DNA of 64,000 nucleotides from Deltaproteobacteria bacterium (GTDB lineage Bacteria; Myxococcota_A; Polyangia; Fen-1088): NCBI GenBank assembly GCA_033763315.1, contig JANRKS010000024.1, positions 32,001 to 96,000 of the forward strand, read 5' to 3'. Shown piece by piece: positions 57,750 to 64,000 of this stretch (position 1 is its first letter; each line of letters starts with the position of its first letter). The notes under the pieces were generated by a model. It saw only the letters and a program-made list of their open reading frames with translations, ran no database searches and was not told where the DNA came from. The position numbers and the translations under genes were made by a program.

Positions 57750-58493
57750 CTATCGACGCTTTCGCCACGGATTCGCGTTGCGCCCCACGGTCAACAACAC
57801 GGCCAGCGTCACCTTGACCATGTAATAGGCGGCCTTGAATCCAAATATGCTACTCGCCCCGCCTTGCCGCTCCTGCATGTGAACGGGCACTTCCACGACT
57901 TTCAAATTCGCCGCACGCGCGATGGCCAGTGATTCAGGCTCCGGATAGTCATAGGGGTAAACCTCATCGAACAGCGTCAAGGCTCGCTTGCCGAACAATC
58001 TGAAGCCTGACGTTGGATCGGCAACCTTGATGCCTGCAGACGCGCGAAGCAGCAAAGATAGCCATGTGATGCCCACCCGCCGCATGCGCGTGCTTTGGAA
58101 GCCTTGCTTGGTCAAGAAGCGTGACCCAATCACAAGATCGGGTTGGTCAGGCCCTTCGGCTCTTTCAAGCAGCTTCTCGAGCTCTGCCGGCGGGTGCTGC
58201 CCATCGCCATCAATTTGCATCGCCCAGTCATACCCGTCGCGAGCCGCGAGCCGCAGTCCCGTTTGCACAGCGGCCCCAATACCAAGGTTCCGGCAAAGGC
58301 TCGCCACACGTACGCCTCTGGCGTGCGCAATCTCCGACGTGCGGTCGACCGAACCGTCATCCACAACAAGAACGTCGAGTTGCGCTCTGGGGCGCAAATA
58401 TCTGTGAGCCTCCTCCAACTGATCGAGAAGGCCCGGCAGCGATTCTTCTTCGTTCAAACAGGGAACGATGACGAGGATTCGACGGGGAGCCAA
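57750..58493 (-). CDS. GT2, polyprenol-phosphate glycosyltransferase (DPM-synthase-like)
   Basis: VPCLNEE, VVDDGSVD, NLGIGAAVQTG, IDGDGQH, IGSRF, DPTSGFR, YPEPE; start TTG 58493 is estimated. Confidence 0.9.
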   Translation of the reverse strand: MAPRRILVIVPCLNEEESLPGLLDQLEEAHRYLRPRAQLDVLVVDDGSVDRTSEIAHARGVRVASLCRNLGIGAAVQTGLRLAARDGYDWAMQIDGDGQHPPAELEKLLERAEGPDQPDLVIGSRFLTKQGFQSTRMRRVGITWLSLLLRASAGIKVADPTSGFRLFGKRALTLFDEVYPYDYPEPESLAIARAANLKVVEVPVHMQERQGGASSIFGFKAAYYMVKVTLAVLLTVGRNANPWRKRR

Positions 58494-58542
58494 TGTGCAC
58501 GCAACGTACCGCACACCTTCGGCTATCGCCAAACAGATCTGG

Positions 58543-59484
58543 TTAGGGACCCAACCGCACGTCGGTGGCAGGGCCAAGCCGAAGACCGTCCCCGGCGACG
58601 CTGACACCCAGAATGCGACAGAGGGAGCCGCGGTCTAATGCAAGAAAGGTTTCATTGCTGGGTGTCACATCGCGGCTTTGCAGCACATAGGGCACACGGC
58701 CTTCGGCACCACACGCGAACAAACGGGACCGGCCCTTTTCGCGCCGCAGATCGCTCACGACGCGCAGCAAGGTTGCGTCGGGCTTGACCTGCCCCGACTC
58801 TCGCACCGCTAGGAAAGAATAGTCGGCGCGCGGGAGGCTGGGACGGGCGGCGCTGTCGTGGCACCAATCCTTAGGATCCACCAACGCAGGGCACGGCCCT
58901 TGCCAAACACACGGCGCTTCGATGACGAAGCCTTGGGCCACCAACAGGTCGCGCACTTGCAAGAGCGCACGCGAGGTTTCTTTCAAGGCGGGCTCGATCA
59001 ACAACAGCAACCCGCCAGGCGCAAGCCACTGCCGCAGCCAAGATTGCGCCAGCGTCGCGCGCGCTGGGGCTTGCAGATCCGTCAGCTCGTTCAGGAGGTG
59101 CGCGGCCACAATCAAGTCAAAGCGGCCGTTCACCCCTGCAGGCGTGCCCGCTTTACGCAAGTCGAAACCTATGATCCCTGGGCTGGCCACGCGATCGATG
59201 GCAACCACCTCAACACCCGCAAAGCGTTGCTTCAAGGTGGCGCCAACGATGCCCGTGCCCGCGCCAAGATCAAGCACACGTTTGGGCGTCACCGATGGCA
59301 GGTGTTGCTCGAAGATCTTCTGCAGCATCGCCGCCGTTCGGGGCGCAATCTCAGCCGCGTACTGCGCGCGCAGCTTGTCGTCGTTCAAGTAAGCGGTCCC
59401 CACAAGGGCTCGCTCGCCCACGAGGCCCGCGTGCATGCGCGAAGGCTTCTTGCCGGGAGCTCGAGGCATCAGCTTGCCACGCAC
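58543..59484 (-). CDS. Rsm22/METTL17-family methyltransferase
   Basis: VLDLGAGTG, HLLNEL, LIEPA, APCVWQGPCP...DWCH Cys cluster, EKGR.RLFACG. Confidence 0.78.
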   Translation of the reverse strand: MRGKLMPRAPGKKPSRMHAGLVGERALVGTAYLNDDKLRAQYAAEIAPRTAAMLQKIFEQHLPSVTPKRVLDLGAGTGIVGATLKQRFAGVEVVAIDRVASPGIIGFDLRKAGTPAGVNGRFDLIVAAHLLNELTDLQAPARATLAQSWLRQWLAPGGLLLLIEPALKETSRALLQVRDLLVAQGFVIEAPCVWQGPCPALVDPKDWCHDSAARPSLPRADYSFLAVRESGQVKPDATLLRVVSDLRREKGRSRLFACGAEGRVPYVLQSRDVTPSNETFLALDRGSLCRILGVSVAGDGLRLGPATDVRLGP

Positions 59485-60539
59485 TAATTCTTGAACAACT
59501 TCACGATGTCTTTGAACGTGACCAGCACGAACACGCCCATCATCAGCATCAACCCCACCATGTGAACGGTGGCTTCCGTTTTTGCGTTAACCTCGCGCCG
59601 GCCGAGCGAGCTAAACAGCAAAAACACAACGCGCCCGCCATCCAACGCGGGGACTGGCAACAAGTTAAACAAACCAAGATAAACGGACAACATGATCATG
59701 ATGTCCAAGAACTCAAGAGCGCCGTGATCGGCCGCCTGTTTCATGCGTTGGGCTATGCCCACGGGGCCGGACAACTCGGCTTTTTGCTTGCCCGTGATCA
59801 TCTGCCAGAAGCCGTCGAGGATACGCCCCGAAAGGTCGACGGGCACCGTGGCCGCCAAGAGCAACGCCTCAGACATGGGCAAGGGCTGGTGCAGGCTGCC
59901 GCCACCAATTTGAACGCCGATTCGGAAAGCGCCGTCTTTTGACTCAGGCACAACCGAGATGATTTGTTCTTTGCCCGCACGCTGAATCTTGATCGACACG
60001 GGCTTGCCACCCGAAGCGGCAATCACTTGGTTGATCGGGGTGCGCACAGAAAGCGCTTGGCCATTGGCCTCGATAAGTTCATCTCCGTCTTTAAGCCCCG
60101 CCGCTTGTGCCGGCGTGTTGGGCATCACCTTTTCCACCTTCAAGGAAGGCACGCCATAGGCGCCAAACATGATGACGGCTAGAACAACGGCCGTCAGATA
60201 GTTCGCCAAAGCGCCCGAGACCAACACCGCCAAACGCATCCAGCGTGGCCGGTTGGGGAACACATACGGATCTGTGTGATCGAATTCCTCGTGCGGGTTG
60301 AGGCCCGTGATCTGCACGAAGCCTCCCAGAGGAATGGGCGCGATCTGATAGATGGTGTCGCCGCGCTTCACCGAGAACAGCGGCTTGCCAAAACCGATGG
60401 AGAAGCGCTCCACACGCATCCCACACAGCCGGGCCACGATGAAATGCCCCCATTCGTGAACCACGATGAGGAGCGCCAAACCCAAGATGGCGGGAAGATA
60501 GGACACTGCGAGCAAGCCTAGCAGTCGCGTTGTGCGCAC
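59484..60539 (-). CDS. rseP: Site-2 (M50) intramembrane metalloprotease RseP with PDZ domain
   Basis: HEWGH, FSIGFG, IPLGGFV, PDZ, LSGPVGI, NLLPVPALDGG. Confidence 0.92.
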   Translation of the reverse strand: MRTTRLLGLLAVSYLPAILGLALLIVVHEWGHFIVARLCGMRVERFSIGFGKPLFSVKRGDTIYQIAPIPLGGFVQITGLNPHEEFDHTDPYVFPNRPRWMRLAVLVSGALANYLTAVVLAVIMFGAYGVPSLKVEKVMPNTPAQAAGLKDGDELIEANGQALSVRTPINQVIAASGGKPVSIKIQRAGKEQIISVVPESKDGAFRIGVQIGGGSLHQPLPMSEALLLAATVPVDLSGRILDGFWQMITGKQKAELSGPVGIAQRMKQAADHGALEFLDIMIMLSVYLGLFNLLPVPALDGGRVVFLLFSSLGRREVNAKTEATVHMVGLMLMMGVFVLVTFKDIVKLFKN

Positions 60540-60569
60540 ACCACGAAGATGGCGCCGTCCGTACCAGCG

Positions 60570-61157
60570 CTAAAAGCGCGGCAGGGCAAAGGGCAGCCGA
60601 CGCAGCGGCGCACGCAGCATGTCGGCCACATCAGCAAACACGTTCGAGGCGCGGCGCGAACCCACGACCTCGAGCGACAGGCCCTGCGATTCGGACTCGA
60701 AGCGCCGCTCAAAAGCAGCGCTCGTGCCGCGCGAACGCGCCACCGCGGGCAGGCAGGTGAGCCGACGGGCCACCACGTAACGAGAACGTAGAACAACAGC
60801 GTCTTTGCCGGCTTCCAAACGGCCAAGCGCCCAGCCCAAAGGCGCCCAGGTCAGCGGGCAGTTGGCCGTATCGGCCAAGATGACGGTTTGGCCTCGGGCC
60901 TCAGACGTGCCACGTACGAAAGCGCGCCCCGAGACGTCTCGGTAGATCACCCGAAGCTCGGGGATTTGGCACTCCAACAACTTGAGCAGGCCCAAGCTGT
61001 TGTCACGAGAGCCGTCGTTGACCGCCACAATCTCAAACCCCAAACCCAGCGCTGTCATGTGCGCCGCAAACGCCTTGATGTCGCGTCCTAACGTCTCTTC
61101 TGCGTCTGAAACGGCAAGAACAAGCGATACGTCAATCGAGGGTTGGCTGGGTTTCAT
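60570..61157 (-). CDS. Short, degenerate GT2-like protein
   Basis: FEIVAVNDGSRDNS is retained, but the DxD position reads ILADTA and the C-terminal half is abbreviated. Confidence 0.65.
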   Translation of the reverse strand: MKPSQPSIDVSLVLAVSDAEETLGRDIKAFAAHMTALGLGFEIVAVNDGSRDNSLGLLKLLECQIPELRVIYRDVSGRAFVRGTSEARGQTVILADTANCPLTWAPLGWALGRLEAGKDAVVLRSRYVVARRLTCLPAVARSRGTSAAFERRFESESQGLSLEVVGSRRASNVFADVADMLRAPLRRLPFALPRF

Positions 61158-61310
61158 GGACGTCCTGCGGGAGAACAGATTCCGCAAAGAGCAGATTTGC
61201 ACGTGGCGTGCCGAACGGCGGTTTACAGAAATACAAGGGGTTAGGACATGTATGTGGGATAAATTCCTACACAGTTGGGTGCTACCTTGCGCACCTAGGT
61301 GCCACCCGCG

Positions 61311-62387
61311 TTACGCAGGCGGCAGCCGTGACAGCGCAGACCTAAGGCCACCAACGTCGCCCTGTGGCACCAGTGTCACGAGCGGGTGGGAACCCAGCCC
61401 GGCCAGGCCTCCGACCGCGGTCGCGATAACGGGCGTTCCCAAACCAAGCGCCTCAGCCACAACCAAAGGATAGCCCTCAGTGCGGCCCGAAGGCAGACGG
61501 CGGCTGGGCACCACGCAGGCGGCGGCTCGTGCCATTTCGCCGGCCACCTGGGTGGCATGAACCGCGCCCCGCAGGTGCAAACTCACCCCAAGCTCACACG
61601 CCAGGCGAGCCAAGCGGGCACGTTCAGGCCCTTCGCCCAGCAACGTTAACGCCGGCCGCCGACGCACAGGCAAGCCGCCCAAAGCCAAGACCAGAGTGTG
61701 GAACCCTTTGATCGGCACCAATCTGCCGACGCCCAGGATGCCGCTGCGCTTTGACGGTGGCGTAAGGCGGGGCGCAAAGGCCGCTGGGTCCACCGGCATC
61801 GCCTGCACGTGCCTGCCCACCTGGGTTGGCCACGGCTTACCCACCAGGCGTTCTAGGCGCAGGGCCAAGTCGTCCGAGACACAAACCACGCCTTGCACCT
61901 GGCACACGATCCACCGGGCCAACCGGGCGCCACCCGGCAGGGCCTCAAGCGCCGCGACGTCGCCCGAATGCACGAAGGCGACGTGCGGCTTTCCGGTGTT
62001 TGCCAAGGTCACAGCCAAGGTTGAGGGCACCAACCAATGGCTGTGGATCCGATCCCACCGCTCGGCCCGTGTGCGCACCCGCTGTGCCAGTGCCATTGTG
62101 AACCGTGCCGCTTCCACGGCCAGACCCAACCGCTGCAGCGATCGCGCTCGCTCCCACACCTCGGGGGCACCTTCCCCAGCAAACAGCGTGTGGCTTTGCA
62201 CGCGCTCAATGAGGCACGTGCCTTCCTGAGTGCGCGTGTCGGCGTGCCCCGCGGCCACGACCTCGACCGTTGTGTCACCGTGCCCGGCGTTTGCTTGCAC
62301 GAAAACGCGAGTGTGCGTTTGAACAAAGCGGCCCGCCGGATCACTTGCATGTTGTGGCCACGACGTGGTGACAACACCTAAACGCAC
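61311..62387 (-). CDS. GT4 glycosyltransferase
   Basis: TTSWP...AGRFV, HSHWLVP, HSGDV, VGRLVPIKG, EGYPLVVAEA (Ex7E); start GTG 62387. Confidence 0.88.
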   Translation of the reverse strand: MRLGVVTTSWPQHASDPAGRFVQTHTRVFVQANAGHGDTTVEVVAAGHADTRTQEGTCLIERVQSHTLFAGEGAPEVWERARSLQRLGLAVEAARFTMALAQRVRTRAERWDRIHSHWLVPSTLAVTLANTGKPHVAFVHSGDVAALEALPGGARLARWIVCQVQGVVCVSDDLALRLERLVGKPWPTQVGRHVQAMPVDPAAFAPRLTPPSKRSGILGVGRLVPIKGFHTLVLALGGLPVRRRPALTLLGEGPERARLARLACELGVSLHLRGAVHATQVAGEMARAAACVVPSRRLPSGRTEGYPLVVAEALGLGTPVIATAVGGLAGLGSHPLVTLVPQGDVGGLRSALSRLPPA

Positions 62388-62394
62388 CGCCGCC

Positions 62395-63168
62395 TCACCG
62401 TCGAGACAGCCACGCGGGCTGTCGGCTGTCGGCGCTGGCCCACCGCCGCTTGCACCGACGAACACAACCACGAATCAACAACAGCAAAATAGGTATGGCC
62501 ACGCGCGTGGGTCGGATGCCAGAACGCCAGGCCGGTCCATAGACGGGCCGCACGGGCACATCCACCACGCGCGCCGCGCCCAGCGACAAGCGGACCAGAA
62601 CGTCGTTTGGGTATCCGTACCGTGGGAACGTGGCTTCAGAGAGGATTACCGCAAGCGCACGCCGGTTGGCCGCGGTGTAACCGCATTGCGAATCGAACAC
62701 ATGCCACAAACCCGAAGCCACTTTCGTGAACAGCGACAACGCCACGTTGCCAAACAAACGCGACACGGGCATCTGCCGCCACACGCTCGCACGCTCGCCC
62801 CGATAGGCAAACCGATTGCCTTTCGCATAGTCCGCACCCGCCACCACCGCTTGCACGAGGTTCGGTAGATCGTGCGGATCCATTTGTGAATCGCCGGCCA
62901 TCACGGCCGTGATCTCGGCACCCAACGCGAACGCTCGTTTATACCCCGTCACAAGCGCGGCGCCGACGCCGCTGTTTTGCTTGTGCACATGCACCTCAAG
63001 GCCAGCTCGATCAACAGCTGCAGCAAGTACAGCGGTGTTGTCTTGGCTGGCGTCGTCCACGACGATCACGTGATCCACAAACGCAGGAATCGACCGCAAC
63101 GTGGCGACGATCTTATCGGCTTCGTTGAAGGCGGGCACAACCACCGCCACCGGACGTTTTGCGAACAT
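62395..63168 (-). CDS. GT2 glycosyltransferase (DPM-synthase-like)
   Basis: VVPAFNE, VDDASQD, NSGVGAA, MAGDSQMDP, AKGNRF, DSQCGYTA. Confidence 0.9.
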   Translation of the reverse strand: MFAKRPVAVVVPAFNEADKIVATLRSIPAFVDHVIVVDDASQDNTAVLAAAVDRAGLEVHVHKQNSGVGAALVTGYKRAFALGAEITAVMAGDSQMDPHDLPNLVQAVVAGADYAKGNRFAYRGERASVWRQMPVSRLFGNVALSLFTKVASGLWHVFDSQCGYTAANRRALAVILSEATFPRYGYPNDVLVRLSLGAARVVDVPVRPVYGPAWRSGIRPTRVAIPILLLLIRGCVRRCKRRWASADSRQPAWLSRR

Positions 63169-63183
63169 GACGAACGGTCCCGC

Positions 63184-64000
63184 TTAGAAGGGATTCACAA
63201 GCTCAGACGCCGGTGTCTTTTTGCCGGTCTTGCCGCTCGTGTCTTTGGGCTTATCAGATTCGTTTTGCTGCGGGCGCGATGGCCCCGAACGATGCGATCG
63301 TGGTCGCGAGGGTTCGTCCGCTGGCTCAGGTTCATTGGGCGTGGGGATAACAGCTGGAGGCACTTGCACGGGCACCGGCCGACGGTTGCCCGATCCAATA
63401 GCGGCTTTCAAGCTGGCAAACACTTTGAGCGGCGGGCGAACATCTTTCGACGTTTCTTCATAACCGTCTTTGCGCAACACAAAGACGGTGGGCTCGCTGT
63501 TCTTCCAATTGATGTTTGCGACACAGGGCGTGGTACACAGCAACTTGTTCGACGCTTTGTCGAATACGTCGGCGCCGCCTGGAATCGAATCCACTTCGAT
63601 TTGCATCGGCCCATCACGCAATTGTGTGCCACTCGATTGAATGATCACTTGTGGCTGCGCGCTGCTGCGCACCAAAATGATGCCGCCACCGAAGCCGCCC
63701 ACACCAAGGATGAGCATCATGGCCACGAGGAACTTCGGTTTCTTGTAAAGCGGTTGGTTCGCAAGCGCAGCGGCTTCGGCCGCTTGTTGCGCCAACGATG
63801 AGCTGCCGGACGCGCTCACCGAAACAGATACAGGCGGAACGGTGGGCGATCGCACTTGCAGTGTGTAGGGCCGCGAATTCGAAGCCGGCATCGATTGGCT
63901 CACGCGCACGGAGCCCGTTGTGGTTTGACGACCGTCTTGCGGCGCCTCGCCCGGGAACAAGTCACGCATCAAACCAGCAAGATGCGTGGGCTGAAAGCGT
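63184..64000 (-). CDS. C-terminal part of a membrane protein with a PEGA-like domain, probably a Ser/Thr kinase (5' end outside the window)
   Basis: The frame stays open to the window end (RFQPTHLAGLMRDLF); low-complexity linker, TM, DSIPGGADV...RKDGYE, ends LVNPF like kinase tails. The kinase domain itself is not visible. Confidence 0.6.
   Translation of the reverse strand, partial: RFQPTHLAGLMRDLFPGEAPQDGRQTTTGSVRVSQSMPASNSRPYTLQVRSPTVPPVSVSVSASGSSSLAQQAAEAAALANQPLYKKPKFLVAMMLILGVGGFGGGIILVRSSAQPQVIIQSSGTQLRDGPMQIEVDSIPGGADVFDKASNKLLCTTPCVANINWKNSEPTVFVLRKDGYEETSKDVRPPLKVFASLKAAIGSGNRRPVPVQVPPAVIPTPNEPEPADEPSRPRSHRSGPSRPQQNESDKPKDTSGKTGKKTPASELVNPF

Overview
High-GC bacterial chromosome segment. 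The gene types (Ser/Thr kinases, PEGA/TPR proteins, Cys-rich lipoproteins, zinc-finger kinase/ECF pair) suggest Myxococcota; this is inference. Layout: (1) 1-11.6 kb, minus-strand dcw cluster (rsmH-ftsL-ftsI-murE-murF-mraY-murD-ftsW-murG, murG cut by the window edge) with no mraZ, preceded by a divergent Fic-fold gene with a non-canonical active site. (2) 12.7-42.5 kb, accessory surface-glycosylation region with six GT-C-like polytopic proteins (a seventh at 51-53 kb), two paralogous GT2s, four SAM methyltransferases, a flippase, an O-acyltransferase and a PHP-type hydrolase. A secreted-protein/signalling block is embedded at 29.8-37.7 kb. (3) 43-51 kb, small cytochrome c, argH, Uma2 pseudogene, DegT aminotransferase, Tat-exported TIM barrel and a Cys-repeat lipoprotein. 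(4) 51-64 kb, PEGA/TPR-kinase genes, GT2/GT4 genes, an Rsm22-like methyltransferase, rseP and a partial gene that is probably a kinase. Best candidate for a new system, at 29.85-32.2 kb: a ~100-aa secreted protein with the sequence pattern of an AB5-toxin B subunit, followed by a Zn-phospholipase C and a metzincin protease that share a hydrophobic C-terminal tail. This would be a putative AB5-like complex with two interchangeable A subunits, sitting beside an ECF sigma/zinc-finger kinase pair. No tRNA, rRNA, CRISPR array, integrase or transposase was recognised. All calls come from motif reading by eye; no searches were run.
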